A stretch of 64,000 bases of DNA from an uncultured Chloroflexia bacterium (GCA_963797095.1 CAWCNY010000002.1:288001-352000); one strand, 5' to 3'; positions 1 through 9,952 are shown, counted from the first letter of the stretch. Notes: generated by a model from the letters alone, not told the origin. Program-made: numbers and translations.

Positions 1-791
1 TATGCCAGCCCCCTGGGCTCCCCCTGCCCGTACCAGAATAGGCTCTCCAGCGGGATTATCAGGTGCCCGGCAAATGCCGCCATGTTGGCCTCAGGCCCGA
101 ACTCCAGCGCCGAGTACGCCGACAGCCTGAGCAATTCGGCCTTGTCGTACTGCCCCGCCGCCACCGCCTCCTCCAACTGGTCGAGCAGCGACCTTATCTC
201 GTCGAAGCCCGAAGGTTGGTTGGACTGTAGCCATGCCGCAGGCGCAACCTGGTCGAATCGCGCCACGATCCCGTTGGTACGCGCTTTGATAGTGCCGACC
301 GCCACCACTTCCTTTTGCGAGGCGGCATCGGCCAATTGGCTATCCAGGCCCGCCAGCATTTGATCAAGCTCGGCTGCGCCATCAGGGTTGGCGGCTTGCA
401 GGCCCGACCTCAACCTGTCGAAGGCCGCTACAGCCTCCTGGTACAGACTCCGCGCCTTCTCCATCTCGGCAGGGCGTATAACACGAAGCCTCTGCCCTCC
501 GATGCCGCTGCTGATACTCTTCTCATATTGCTCAGGTATCAAAGCCAGCGTCGAGCGAAACTGCCGCGCATCCCGTCCAGGGTCCGCGCTATCGGTCGTG
601 CCCGTACCCGTCCCGCTATTGACAGCAGCAGCCGTAGGAGTAGCCTGAAGACTGGAATTACTCGGGGTCGCCTGAGAAGCAGGCGGAGGAGGTGGCGCGG
701 GCAATAAATCGCAAGCCGCAAGCAAGGCCGCGATCACAGGCAAAATCAATATCAGAGGCAGGAAGCGCCGAATAGCGTATGCTCTAAACAT
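1..791 (-). CDS. Lipoprotein-type N-terminus of a probable FTR1-family iron permease (runs off window start)
   Basis: Not in ORF track (no stop in window). Own translation from ATG at 791: MFRAYAIRRFLPLILILPVIAALLAAC (lipobox) ... AVAAGQYDKAELLRLSAYSALEFGPEA...LESLFWYG, resembling Chloroflexi FTR1 N-terminal regions; Fur-like box upstream. Confidence 0.6.
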   Translation of the reverse strand, partial: MFRAYAIRRFLPLILILPVIAALLAACDLLPAPPPPPASQATPSNSSLQATPTAAAVNSGTGTGTTDSADPGRDARQFRSTLALIPEQYEKSISSGIGGQRLRVIRPAEMEKARSLYQEAVAAFDRLRSGLQAANPDGAAELDQMLAGLDSQLADAASQKEVVAVGTIKARTNGIVARFDQVAPAAWLQSNQPSGFDEIRSLLDQLEEAVAAGQYDKAELLRLSAYSALEFGPEANMAAFAGHLIIPLESLFWYGQGEPRGLA

Positions 792-799
792 CGGACGGC

Positions 800-814
800 T
801 TAATGATTATCAAA
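800..814. promoter_or_regulatory. Fur-box-like operator
   Basis: TTGATAATCATTAA on minus strand ~10 bp upstream of the putative iron permease ATG; matches core of GATAATGATAATCATTATC. Confidence 0.5.
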
Positions 815-869
815 GACCCGCCCACAGTCAAGGTGTCAGGAGCATTTTTGAGCGAATGTTAATCTTGCG

Positions 870-923
870 AGTAGTCGGTAGTCGGTAGTCGGTAGTCAGG
901 AACCAGGAACTTGGAACTTGGAA
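870..923 (+). repeat. Heptamer tandem repeats (GTAGTCG)n then (GGAACYW)n
   Basis: Directly visible; GTAGTCG arm is the inverted partner of the (GGCTACC/GACTACC)n run at 1179-1233. Confidence 0.9.
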
Positions 924-1168
924 CAGATCGTTCGCTCATTTTCCAGGTGGTTCTGAGAATTGCCGAAGCACTACATCTAGTGTTCGACATCATCAACTCA
1001 CTAAATGGAGGTCAGCCATCGAATGTGTTTCTCAGACCTCGAGGCCCCAACCCTTGTGGCAAGGGCCTAAACCGGTCTTTGGAGCCCAATTCGGCCACTT
1101 ATCAAACCGAGAGGCTTATGCTAAGCGTGCAATTTCTCCAATTAGCCCAAAAATGAGCGAACGATCTG
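924..1168. mobile_element. MITE, 245 bp, 19-bp terminal inverted repeats, 6-bp TSD
   Basis: CAGATCGTTCGCTCATTTT (924-942) and AAAATGAGCGAACGATCTG (1150-1168); TTGGAA duplicated at 918-923 and 1169-1174. Confidence 0.85.
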
Positions 1169-1178
1169 TTGGAACTTC

Positions 1179-1233
1179 CGGCTACCGGCTACCAGCTACC
1201 GACTACCGGCTACCGGCTACCGGCTACCGGCTA
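1179..1233 (+). repeat. Heptamer tandem repeat (GGCTACC) about 8 copies
   Basis: Directly visible. Confidence 0.9.
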
Positions 1234-2499
1234 CTCATGCCTCAACGCCGCCAAAGGATCAAGCCGCGCCGCCCTGAACGCCGGGTACAGCCCCGCGAGT
1301 ATACCCACCAGCGTCGCGAACGCCAGCGCCGCCAGTACCAACTCAGGCGTCACCACGAAGAAAGGCGCGTCAATGGGCACTGACTGGCTCTTGAGATAGT
1401 TGTCGATGAGCACGTTCAGCACAAGCCCCAGTATCCACCCCAGCACCACGCCCACGATCCCGCCCAGCAGGCCGATCATCCCCGCCTCCATCATGAACAT
1501 CCTCAGCACGTCGCCATTTGACGACCCCAGCGCCTTCAATATGCCGATCTCCCGCGTCCGCTCGTAGATCGCCATGATCATCGTATTCACGATCCCGATC
1601 GATGCCACCAGCAGCGCAAGCAACCCTATTGACGACAACATCACTTCCAGGATCGAAAAGATGCGGTTTACCTGGTCGAGGAAGGTTTGCAGGGTGGCCG
1701 AGCTAAACCCCATCGTATCCTCGATCTGGTGCGATACCTGCGTGGCAGAATTCAGCGAATCTGTGTGTACCACCGCCGCCGAATAACCATCCGACTCCAG
1801 GATCGTGGGGTCGTTGTACCACCACTCTTTCACCGCCAGTTTATCGGCGTTGCCCAGGTCCACCGACCCCGACCCATCCAGCACCCCCGCTATCGTGGTG
1901 GGGAAGGTCTGCTTGTCCCCCCTCGGTGCCGTCACGGTGAGGGTGGCCGCCTGCCCCACCAGCCCCGCGAACTGGTCCTGGCTGTAGCCCGCGCCCTGCA
2001 AAAGCCTCCTGTTGAGCACGATCCCATGCGCATCGGGCGTATCCTCAAGCTCCTTGCCCGCCAGCACGACGGTGGCATTGTTGAACAGCCGGGCCTGTGG
2101 GTTGGTTTCGCGTATCGCTACAGGAAAGGTCTTATCCCCAACGGTCAGGGTCATCTCAGGCACCGCCGGCAGCGTCAGTTGCACCTCGACCGAGATCACC
2201 CCCGACAGTTTCGCCATCTGGTCTACGGCCTCGTTGTTGAGCGGCTTTTCGGGCCGCTGCCGGGCGTATGGGTTGTACGCGCCCGCCGGCTGGGATTGAT
2301 AGTTGGGCGTGACGAATACCGTTTGCAGGCCGAGCTGCTTGATGGTGTCGGTCACCTGCTTCTGTATGCCGATGCCGAGCGACACCATCGTTATAATCGT
2401 GATGATCCCCACGAACACCCCGATGGATGTCAGCACGGTTCGCACCTTGCGCCGCCCCAGGTTCTGCGTGGCCGTCAAAAGTGTATCAGACAGTTTCAT
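1231..2499 (-). CDS. ABC transporter permease, MacB/FtsX family
   Basis: [10 protein letters not shown]-terminal TM; [13 protein letters not shown] and [10 protein letters not shown] motifs. Confidence 0.92.
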   Translation of the reverse strand: MKLSDTLLTATQNLGRRKVRTVLTSIGVFVGIITIITMVSLGIGIQKQVTDTIKQLGLQTVFVTPNYQSQPAGAYNPYARQRPEKPLNNEAVDQMAKLSGVISVEVQLTLPAVPEMTLTVGDKTFPVAIRETNPQARLFNNATVVLAGKELEDTPDAHGIVLNRRLLQGAGYSQDQFAGLVGQAATLTVTAPRGDKQTFPTTIAGVLDGSGSVDLGNADKLAVKEWWYNDPTILESDGYSAAVVHTDSLNSATQVSHQIEDTMGFSSATLQTFLDQVNRIFSILEVMLSSIGLLALLVASIGIVNTMIMAIYERTREIGILKALGSSNGDVLRMFMMEAGMIGLLGGIVGVVLGWILGLVLNVLIDNYLKSQSVPIDAPFFVVTPELVLAALAFATLVGILAGLYPAFRAARLDPLAALRHE

Positions 2500-3187
2500 G
2501 TTCTTCTATCGCCACTATCTTCCCATCGCGCAGCCGCACCAGCCGGTCGCCGTATTCCGCCACCATCATATCGTGCGTCACTATAATCAACGTGAGGCCG
2601 CCCGCGTTCAACTCGCGCAACAGTCCCATCACTTCAGTGCCCGTGACGCTGTCGAGGTTCCCGGTCGGCTCGTCGGCCAGCAAGATCGAGGGGTGGTTCG
2701 CCAGCGACCGCGCTATTGCCACCCTCTGCTGCTCGCCGCCCGAAAGCTGGTTGGGCCTGTGATCGGTGCGCGCACCCAACCCCACCTGCTTCAATAGCTC
2801 GCGCGCCTGTTCGCGCCGCTCGCTTCGCGCCATCTCCGACACCATCAGCGGCACTTCCACGTTCTCGAGGGCGGTCCTGTGGGGCAGCAGATTGAAGCTC
2901 TGGAACACAAACCCGATCCGCTCGCGCCTGTGCGCCACTAACCTCTTGGCCGACGCCTTCGCGATATCCTCGCCGTCCACCCAGATCTCGCCACTGGTCG
3001 GCCTGTCCAACCCGCCGAGCAAATTGAGCAGAGTAGACTTTCCCGACCCCGAAGGCCCCACCAGCGATATAGCTTCCCCGCGTGCGATCTCCAGGTCAAC
3101 CCCGGCCACAGCCGCCACAGAAGTAGGCCCCACCCTGTAGTTTCGGGTGAGGCCCACAAGCTTGATTATCGGTTGCTCAACCATCAT
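2486..3187 (-). CDS. ABC transporter ATP-binding protein (LolD/MacB-like)
   Basis: [27 protein letters not shown]; start moved to ATG 3187 because upstream is heptamer repeat. Confidence 0.93.
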   Translation of the reverse strand: MMVEQPIIKLVGLTRNYRVGPTSVAAVAGVDLEIARGEAISLVGPSGSGKSTLLNLLGGLDRPTSGEIWVDGEDIAKASAKRLVAHRRERIGFVFQSFNLLPHRTALENVEVPLMVSEMARSERREQARELLKQVGLGARTDHRPNQLSGGEQQRVAIARSLANHPSILLADEPTGNLDSVTGTEVMGLLRELNAGGLTLIIVTHDMMVAEYGDRLVRLRDGKIVAIEEHETV

Positions 3188-3189
3188 TT

Positions 3190-3270
3190 CAATTTTAGAT
3201 TTTAGATTTTGGATTACGGATTTATTTGGGCTTGGTAGCAATCCGAAATCTAAAATCTAAAATCCGCGAT
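3190..3270. repeat. Inverted pair of heptamer runs (GATTTTA)n / (AATCTAA)n
   Basis: Directly visible between the ABC ATPase and lipoprotein genes. Confidence 0.85.
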
Positions 3271-4599
3271 CTATTTCAGTCCTTCCGCGATCTTGGTGGC
3301 TTCGTCGAGCGTCAGCTTGCCGTGGAGCACCACGTACACGCCGCTGTCCTTCTCCTGCCACATCAGCGATGTCCACCCTCCGCCATCGGGCGAGAATGCC
3401 TTGCCCGGCACGCCCCGTATAGTCACGTCCTTGAGCGCGTCAGGCGCGTTCACCCCGCTGAACCCATCGCCCAGGCCCATCATCTGGCTCATCATGTCCT
3501 GGTTGCTGCCCATCATGCCCGCTGCCCTTCCCAGGTGCGCTTCCATGATAGTGAAGTCAAGGTCCTTCGAGGAATAGCTCAACTGCACACCCCCGCCCAT
3601 CGCCTTCTGCATCTGGGTCACGCCAACCAGGGTCGCGCCATCGGGCACATACGAAGGCTCAAGCAGCGTCCACCCCTGGCCCTTGGCGTAGTCGCGGGCG
3701 TCCGGCAGAGTGGTCTGCTTGGGCTGCGCCTGGTCTGCCTTCTCATCCAGGTCCACCGTCTTGGCTCCTGCGGGCACCTGCAACACGAAGGTCCCCTGGT
3801 CAAATGTCTTGTTCAACTCCACCCCACTGGCCGTGTAAGTAAAGCTGCCGATGTTCGGGTGTTCCAGCGTCATCTTGACCGGTATCCAGTTGTTCTGGTC
3901 GACCCACAGCGTCGCGTGCAGGTCCTTGATCAGCACCCCCGCCTCCATCGCATATGTCTGCGGAATGCCAAGCAGCGTGGCGGCGTCCGGCTTGGGCGTC
4001 ACATCCAGCTTGTATGTATCGACATCCGACACCTTCTCGCTGCCCGACAGCTTGATGTCCGAAGCCGAGATCACCTTGTCGATCTCGCTCTCCATGTCGA
4101 TCCCGGCCATCATGGTCTTGATCTCGTCGGGAACCTTGTCCGCGAACTTGCTCGGCGTGGCTGTATAAACAGTGTTGTTGGCCGCATCCAGCGCGTACAC
4201 CTTCTGCCCGTCGTAAACGAGGATCGCGCCCTTAGCGCCCGGTATGCTGGCGCTGTCCACCTCCACGCGCGCCTTGTCGGGCGTCTCTCGCCAGTACTTC
4301 AGCGTCACATTGACCGAATCAGGCAGCTTGGCAAGCGGGTCCTTGCTGTTGCTCTGCGACGATTGCGAGGTGGGCATAATCCCAGCCAGCAGCGTCCTGA
4401 TCCCGTCCTTATTGATAGTGAGCGCCAGGTCAACCGTGCCCTGCACGCTGGTAACATTCTTCATAGCGTCGCGCACGTTCTGCACGACCTGATCGGCGGT
4501 AACGTTCTGCGCGCCCAGGCCTGCGCCTGTGCAGGATGCCAGCAGTGGCGAGAGTGCCAGTGCCAGCGCGACCGGCGCGAATAGCCGTGTTCGTTTCAT
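3271..4599 (-). CDS. Lipoprotein with LolA-like domain and C-terminal DUF4367-like domain
   Basis: Lipobox LASC; LVYDGQKVY, LWVDQNNWIP, FVLQVPAGAKTVD typical of LolA-fold proteins; in operon with ABC genes. Confidence 0.75.
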   Translation of the reverse strand: MKRTRLFAPVALALALSPLLASCTGAGLGAQNVTADQVVQNVRDAMKNVTSVQGTVDLALTINKDGIRTLLAGIMPTSQSSQSNSKDPLAKLPDSVNVTLKYWRETPDKARVEVDSASIPGAKGAILVYDGQKVYALDAANNTVYTATPSKFADKVPDEIKTMMAGIDMESEIDKVISASDIKLSGSEKVSDVDTYKLDVTPKPDAATLLGIPQTYAMEAGVLIKDLHATLWVDQNNWIPVKMTLEHPNIGSFTYTASGVELNKTFDQGTFVLQVPAGAKTVDLDEKADQAQPKQTTLPDARDYAKGQGWTLLEPSYVPDGATLVGVTQMQKAMGGGVQLSYSSKDLDFTIMEAHLGRAAGMMGSNQDMMSQMMGLGDGFSGVNAPDALKDVTIRGVPGKAFSPDGGGWTSLMWQEKDSGVYVVLHGKLTLDEATKIAEGLK

Positions 4600-4859
4600 A
4601 CTATCACCCCTTCTCTTTCCTGTGTGGGAGCCGCGTTGTTATCTCTTTTATGTTATACGTACCACAAGTCAACAAGGATACACAAATCTCAAAATATCCT
4701 CCTTCATCCTAACACCTGATCTCCCTTTATGTCCAGCACTTGAGTGCCAACTTTTAGCCATTCGCAGACAACATAACCTGCATAGCTCGACCCAACACCC
4801 CAGATCCTATAGAATAGTACCCGCGTTCGCCTCATTCACAACAGAACGGAGCTATATTA

Positions 4860-5378
4860 ATGACTGCTACAGACCAGGCCCTAGAATCCAACGAACAATA
4901 TGCAAAGAACTTCACCTCAAGCGACTTGCACGCGCCCCCTGCCCGCAAGCTCGCAATAGTGACCTGCATGGACGCACGCCTCATGCCCGATCAAATCCTC
5001 GGCCTGGGCATAGGCGATGCCCACATCATCCGCAACGCGGGCGGGATCGTGACCGAAGATGCCCTGCGCTCCCTGGTGATCTCCCATCACCTTCTCGGCG
5101 CGCAGGAGTTCATCATCATCAACCACACCGACTGCGGACTGCTCGCCTTCAAAGACGAAGACCTCCGCGAAAAGTTGGAGAGCGAGACAGGCGTATCCAC
5201 TGTATCCCCCGTGACCTTCCACACCTTCGACGACCTGGAGTCCAACGTGCGCCGCCAGGTCCAAAAGGTGCAATCGCACCCCTGGATCCCCGACTCCGTC
5301 TCGGTGCGCGGCTTCATCTACGACGTAGAGACTGGCAGGCTAGCAGAAGTGCCGTCCGATCCTCAGAAGAACGACTAA
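4860..5378 (+). CDS. Beta-class carbonic anhydrase
   Basis: CMDAR, RNAGG, HTDCG motifs. Confidence 0.95.
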   Translation: MTATDQALESNEQYAKNFTSSDLHAPPARKLAIVTCMDARLMPDQILGLGIGDAHIIRNAGGIVTEDALRSLVISHHLLGAQEFIIINHTDCGLLAFKDEDLREKLESETGVSTVSPVTFHTFDDLESNVRRQVQKVQSHPWIPDSVSVRGFIYDVETGRLAEVPSDPQKND

Positions 5379-5418
5379 AGCGCGTTCAGTAAGCGTTCAG
5401 ACTTGTGGTCAAAGACTT

Positions 5419-5898
5419 TGTAGGGGCACCCTTTATGGGTGCCCTGTACGCCTGCCACGATCTCTCCCCACCAGGGCACCCCTAGTGGGCAATGTTGTCG
5501 CATAAAAACACCAGCATAGAAATACCAATAGAAATACCAATTGTAAGATGTACCCTTGTAAGTACCCGATGGAATGCCCCAAGCCAAGTCCCGAAGGGAC
5601 GCAAAAGCGTAGCCCAGGGCGTAAGCCCTGTGGTAAGCCCAGGAAAATGCTATAGCCCCGTAGGGGCGTAAGAACAAGATCTCTACAGTCCTGTATGATG
5701 CAATGCTCTTACGTCCCTGCGGGACTACTTGCTTGGGTGGCATAAGATCCACAGGGCTTACGCCCTGGGCTATGTTCTGTCATCCTTTCGGGACTATGTT
5801 GGGATGGTGTACAAACAGGGCACCCGTTAGCAGAGTCCGCACTTGTGCCACGTTTGTGGGTTCATACGACAATATTGCCCACAAGGGGTGCCCCTACA
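5419..5898. repeat. Nested REPIN-like element (outer GTAGGGGC REP pair; inner palindromic cassette 5587-5795)
   Basis: TGTAGGGGCACCC...GGGTGCCCCTACA ends; inner AGTCCC...GGGACT with CCCAGGGC/GCCCTGGG arms; homolog at 54129-54579. Confidence 0.8.
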
Positions 5899-5937
5899 AC
5901 TATACTCCACCACCTGAACTCTGAGCATTTATCGCTT

Positions 5938-6164
5938 CAGGGCAAACGCATCTAAATTGGTATCAGTCGAAAACGGTTCAAATCAGCCTTCTACGATAGC
6001 CAGTAAACCTATCCGAGGCTCACATTTCGCCCCACAAGCCGGTCTCCATGGTAGTGAAGCGGCACCTTGCAACCGTTTCTTGGCCTTGAACCACCGCTGA
6101 TGGGTTGTTCAGCCCTTCGATTCTGGCCTTTTGGCCCAAAACGAGTTTAGATGCGTTTGCCTTG
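5938..6164. mobile_element. ISAs1-like MITE (left element of composite unit)
   Basis: CAGGGCAAACGCATCTAAA ... TTTAGATGCGTTTGCCTTG; CAGGG ends and the LDAFAL-encoding end are typical of ISAs1. Confidence 0.75.
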
Positions 6165-6183
6165 TGCGAACATATACCGTTAC

Positions 6184-6639
6184 CTACTGCCTCCCGTCTG
6201 CCGTCATGGGGTCGAGGCGGAAGACGGGGCAGCGGGGAGCGGCCTGGGCGAGGGTGTCGGGGTTGGCGGGGAGGCCGAGGATGCGCTCAAAGAAGGGGAG
6301 GCCGTGAGGGACCTGCACTGGAAACTGCCGCAGGATAGGCGGGCGCTGTTCGACAGGTAGCTCGACCATGGCTACCTGCTCGCGGTTGCGACCCCTGGTG
6401 AGGTAGCCCCAACCGGAGGCGCGGGCGTTCTTGACCCACTCGGTATCGTACCCGGTGACTATGTAGCGCTTGCCGTCAACTGTAACGAGCGAGACGGGGG
6501 TGCTGTGAATGTTGCCGCTCTTCCTGCCGGGTATTGAGAGGATGTGCTGCGTGCCAAGGGCCAGGCCTAGGCGGTTGAAGAAGGTGACGATGAGGTTGGC
6601 GGGCTTGAGCCACCGAGGGAGTCTATTCTTGCTGGTCAT
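6184..6639 (-). CDS. Nitroreductase-family deazaflavin (F420)-dependent oxidoreductase (Ddn-like)
   Basis: GRKSG...TP, WVKNARA, PVFRL motifs. Confidence 0.8.
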   Translation of the reverse strand: MTSKNRLPRWLKPANLIVTFFNRLGLALGTQHILSIPGRKSGNIHSTPVSLVTVDGKRYIVTGYDTEWVKNARASGWGYLTRGRNREQVAMVELPVEQRPPILRQFPVQVPHGLPFFERILGLPANPDTLAQAAPRCPVFRLDPMTADGRQ

Positions 6640-7282
6640 CTGTGGTTCCTGTCTGCGAGTTTGCGTTGGGTGGCGATTCAGGCTGTGCCATTCCGGCGTG
6701 GCGACTGTGCCAGTCTATGAGAGTGCCCCACGATTCCTGTTCGATGCGCCATGGGAGGGCTGCTACCCATTCTCGCTCGGCTTGCAACATGGCGAACTGA
6801 TAATCGACCTCCACCAGCACTAGGGGGTCTATGCCTTGCTCGCGGTAGGATGCGAGGTTCGCGCGCAGGCGACCGATCTCGCGGTCGAGGTGGCTCAGCC
6901 TTTCGTGCAGGAGTGCATTCACCTCGGCGGGCGGAAGGGCAGGCAGCAGTGCAAGCCCGGCTTGAAAGTGCGGGTACTCTTTGATAGGGGTGCTAATCAA
7001 CTCGCGCAGCCACCGGTGCATCTCGTCCCGACCGGCCGGGGTGAGCGCGTATGTCGTGCGTTCGGGGCGGCGTCCCTCGCGGGTTGTGTCGCGCTGGACG
7101 ATGAAGCTTTCGCGCTGGAGAAGCCCGATAATGGTGTAAAGGGAGCCATAGGGGAGCTTGATGCTCTCTTCCTTGTTCCGCTCGCGCAGGAGCGCCGCCA
7201 TCTCGTACGGGTGCATCGGACGCTCGAAGAGGAGAACCAGCACGGCCAGAGCCAATGGATTGGAGATCTTTTGCTTTGACAT
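6623..7282 (-). CDS. PadR-family transcriptional regulator
   Basis: LLFERPMHPYEM, YGSLY, YALTPAGR. Confidence 0.92.
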   Translation of the reverse strand: MSKQKISNPLALAVLVLLFERPMHPYEMAALLRERNKEESIKLPYGSLYTIIGLLQRESFIVQRDTTREGRRPERTTYALTPAGRDEMHRWLRELISTPIKEYPHFQAGLALLPALPPAEVNALLHERLSHLDREIGRLRANLASYREQGIDPLVLVEVDYQFAMLQAEREWVAALPWRIEQESWGTLIDWHSRHAGMAQPESPPNANSQTGTTDDQQE

Positions 7283-7284
7283 TC

Positions 7285-7343
7285 GATATACTCGTTACCA
7301 TATATCCGGTGGCGAGTATATCAGATCCGCGCGTGAGTGTCAA
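7285..7343 (-). promoter_or_regulatory. sigma70 promoter for padR with probable autoregulatory inverted repeat
   Basis: TTGACA-17-TATACT on minus (7343-7315); IR GATATACTCG (7285-7294) / CGAGTATATC (7313-7322). Confidence 0.7.
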
Positions 7344-7361
7344 GGCGACAGCGCCAGATCT

Positions 7362-7530
7362 ACGGGCAAACGCATCTAAATAATGCTCGGGCGGTTCAAC
7401 CGGACAATCTTGTGCCTAGCATGAAGTCATCAGTCTGACAAATTCACCTACTACGTCTCATAATTCGGGCGAATCCGGACCTTGGCCGCATCAATCCCAT
7501 GCGTAAACCAATTTAGATGCGTTTGCCCTG
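7362..7530. mobile_element. ISAs1-like MITE (right element of composite unit)
   Basis: ACGGGCAAACGCATCTAAA ... TTTAGATGCGTTTGCCCTG. Confidence 0.75.
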
Positions 7531-7546
7531 TTTATCGCGGTCATAC

Positions 7547-9010
7547 CTGGTGATTACCCACATCTCGTAAGGGAATAGCAAAGCTCTGCTCCATGTGGTA
7601 AGAAGGGAGTGTCGAACAACCTTCACAAGCCACAGAGAGGAGGCAGAGCTTTGTGTAACCGTATTCTACCTATCGCACAGGTGCTTGCCAAGTTGCCGCA
7701 AGCCGAGTTGGAACAGAGTTTGAGGGAGTTTGTGGCTCCACTGACCGAATTGTTACCAGATCAGAGGCTCAGACGAATAGTGCCAGTAGCGGTGCAGGGC
7801 ATCTTGGCAGGGCAAAGCCCAGTGGTGACGGCTATGGCTCAAAGCGTGTCCCGTCAGGAAGCAGACCCTTGGGCACAAGCCAAGCGAGTGTATCGCTTGC
7901 TCAACAACACTCATTTCAACCACACTCAATTGCTGGACGGGTTGTACCGAGTGGCCCAGCACAACGCGCAAAGAGAGAAACCTCCATATCTGGTGGTAGC
8001 AGTTGATCCGGTGAACTTTGAGAAACCCTACACACAGCAGTTAGAGGGGGTGAGTATTGTGCATAAGAGCACCCCACCCGATTTGCACGGCAAAGCACGC
8101 CTAACGCATGGATACCCAGCCATTACGGCTACCATGGTCAATACCCAGGTGCCCGCCACCACCTATGCTCAGTGGTTCTCCTACACCACTGAGGACTTTC
8201 TCAGCCAGAACCGAGAGGTGGAGCGAGCCATCAACACTACCCGCCAACTCTTCCCCTCACCTGGCTATCAGGTGCGCTTTGTAGGGGACAGTGGGCTTGA
8301 TGACCAGAAGGTGTTTGCACAGGTTGAGAGAGTGCAAGCCAAGTTCATAATCCGAGCCTGTCACCTAGAGCGGATAGTGCAAGTGTACAATCCTCGCTTG
8401 GACAGATGGGAGACGCAGAGCTTACAAGACTTGGTAGGCACTATGCCGCATGAAGGGAAGTTTGAGGCCAGCTTCAACCATGCAGGCTACAGTTGGTTCA
8501 CCACAGTCAAAATGGGGTGGCTGCTCATCAGACTGCCTGAAACTGAAGAGCATATATGGGTGTTGGTGGCCGAAGACCAAGATGACAAAGGCAAAGAGCG
8601 CACATTAGTGTTGCTCACAAACGTGCCGATACACTCGATGGAAGATGCCCAGCAGGTATACTCGGATTGGCGCTTGAGAGGGCGTATCGAGGCAGGCTAC
8701 CGTTTCGACCAAGAGCAAGGTTTAGACGTGGAAGACATGAGAGTACGCACCATTGAGAGGATGCGGCGGCTGTTTGTGCTGGTGCTGTTGGCTGCTCAGT
8801 TCGTCTTCTACTTGATGCGGAGTTGGCCTGCCTCTGCTGTGCGGTGGCTGCGTAAGTTGGGTGGCAAGTTAGGTCTGAGCGCGGACAGGGACGGGCCGTA
8901 CATCGTGCTGAGAGGGTTGGGCGCCGTCTGGCAGGCGGTGGCTGCTCTCACCTGGCTCATTGTCTGTCCATTCCCTCATCAGGAGTTCCTGACATGTGGG
9001 TAATCACCAG
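7547..9010 (+). mobile_element. Complete IS4-family insertion sequence, 1464 bp
   Basis: 17-bp perfect TIR CTGGTGATTACCCACAT; 9-bp TSD CGGTCATAC at 7538-7546 and 9011-9019. Confidence 0.93.
7609..9003 (+). CDS. IS4-family DDE transposase
   Basis: VAVD, VGDSG, WRLRGRIEAGYRFDQ (YREK-like) motifs; fills the IS. Confidence 0.9.
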   Translation: MSNNLHKPQRGGRALCNRILPIAQVLAKLPQAELEQSLREFVAPLTELLPDQRLRRIVPVAVQGILAGQSPVVTAMAQSVSRQEADPWAQAKRVYRLLNNTHFNHTQLLDGLYRVAQHNAQREKPPYLVVAVDPVNFEKPYTQQLEGVSIVHKSTPPDLHGKARLTHGYPAITATMVNTQVPATTYAQWFSYTTEDFLSQNREVERAINTTRQLFPSPGYQVRFVGDSGLDDQKVFAQVERVQAKFIIRACHLERIVQVYNPRLDRWETQSLQDLVGTMPHEGKFEASFNHAGYSWFTTVKMGWLLIRLPETEEHIWVLVAEDQDDKGKERTLVLLTNVPIHSMEDAQQVYSDWRLRGRIEAGYRFDQEQGLDVEDMRVRTIERMRRLFVLVLLAAQFVFYLMRSWPASAVRWLRKLGGKLGLSADRDGPYIVLRGLGAVWQAVAALTWLIVCPFPHQEFLTCG

Positions 9011-9022
9011 CGGTCATACTTC

Positions 9023-9051
9023 TTGACACTACCCCTTACGTCGCCTATAAT
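9023..9051 (+). promoter_or_regulatory. Consensus sigma70 promoter of rpsU
   Basis: TTGACA-17-TATAAT. Confidence 0.85.
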
Positions 9052-9099
9052 AAGAGGTACGATCACATTTATGGGCTATCACCGAAGGGGGGGATATTA

Positions 9100-9288
9100 G
9101 TGTCTGAAGTAACAGTCGGCGACAACGAAAGCTTCGAAAGCGCACTGCGCCGCTTCAACAAGAAGGTGCAGCAGGACGGCATCCTGGCCGAAGCGCGCCG
9201 CCGCGAGTTCTACGAGAAACCGAGCGTGCTACGCAAACGCAAAGAAGCCGCTCGCCGCCGCAAGGCAATGTTGAAATCCTCCCGGTAA
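9100..9288 (+). CDS. rpsU: 30S ribosomal protein S21
   Basis: [10 protein letters not shown]...REFYEKPS. Confidence 0.97.
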   Translation: MSEVTVGDNESFESALRRFNKKVQQDGILAEARRREFYEKPSVLRKRKEAARRRKAMLKSSR

Positions 9289-9309
9289 GCCCGGATAATC
9301 AGGACCAAA

Positions 9310-9445
9310 GTCGAAGGACGAAGGACGAACAAGAAGCATCGTCCCTCGTCCTTCGCCATTTCACACCCAACGACGAGTGACGAGTAGCAAGTTCCGACTA
9401 TCGACTACCAACTACTCGGAACCAGGAACCAGGAACTAGGAACTA
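9310..9445. repeat. Clusters of heptamer repeats (GACGAAG, CGAGTGA, CGACTAC, GGAACCA)
   Basis: Directly visible. Confidence 0.8.
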
Positions 9446-9479
9446 TCCTCCTCCATCCCCCACCCCCAAAGGTGAACCA

Positions 9480-9920
9480 ATGACCCTCAAAGACCAGCTA
9501 CTAAAAGACCTCCACAACTCCATGCGTAGCGGTGATCTACTTCGCAAAGAGACCCTCCGCATGGCCCGCTCCGCCGTCCGCAACGCCGAGATCGACCGCA
9601 TCGCTGAACTTGACGACGCGGGCGTGCAGGATATCCTCCGCAAAGAGATCAAGCAGCGCCGCGAATCCGCCGAGGAATATGAGCGCGCCAGGCGTATGGA
9701 CCTCGCAGACAAAGAGCGCGCCGAGGCCGCCATCCTCGAAGCCTACCTCCCCCAGCAAATGACCGAAGACGAGATCGAGGCCGAGGTACGCGCCATCCTC
9801 ACCGAGACCGGCGCTCGCGAAATGAGCAAGGTCATGCCCGTCGCCATGAGCCGCATGAGAGGCAAAGCCGACGGTCGCCTCGTCAACCGCGTGGTCACCC
9901 GTCTCCTCGCCGAAGGCTGA
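9480..9920 (+). CDS. yqeY: GatB/YqeY domain protein
   Basis: KEIKQRRES, YLPQQM, GKADG; follows rpsU. Confidence 0.93.
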   Translation: MTLKDQLLKDLHNSMRSGDLLRKETLRMARSAVRNAEIDRIAELDDAGVQDILRKEIKQRRESAEEYERARRMDLADKERAEAAILEAYLPQQMTEDEIEAEVRAILTETGAREMSKVMPVAMSRMRGKADGRLVNRVVTRLLAEG

Positions 9921-9952
9921 TCCCCATTTCCCCCGGCTTGCAGGAGGGCAAT

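Noticed and set aside
911-1399. Small ORFs with LPATGY-like repeats
   Set aside because: Translations of the MITE and heptamer repeats
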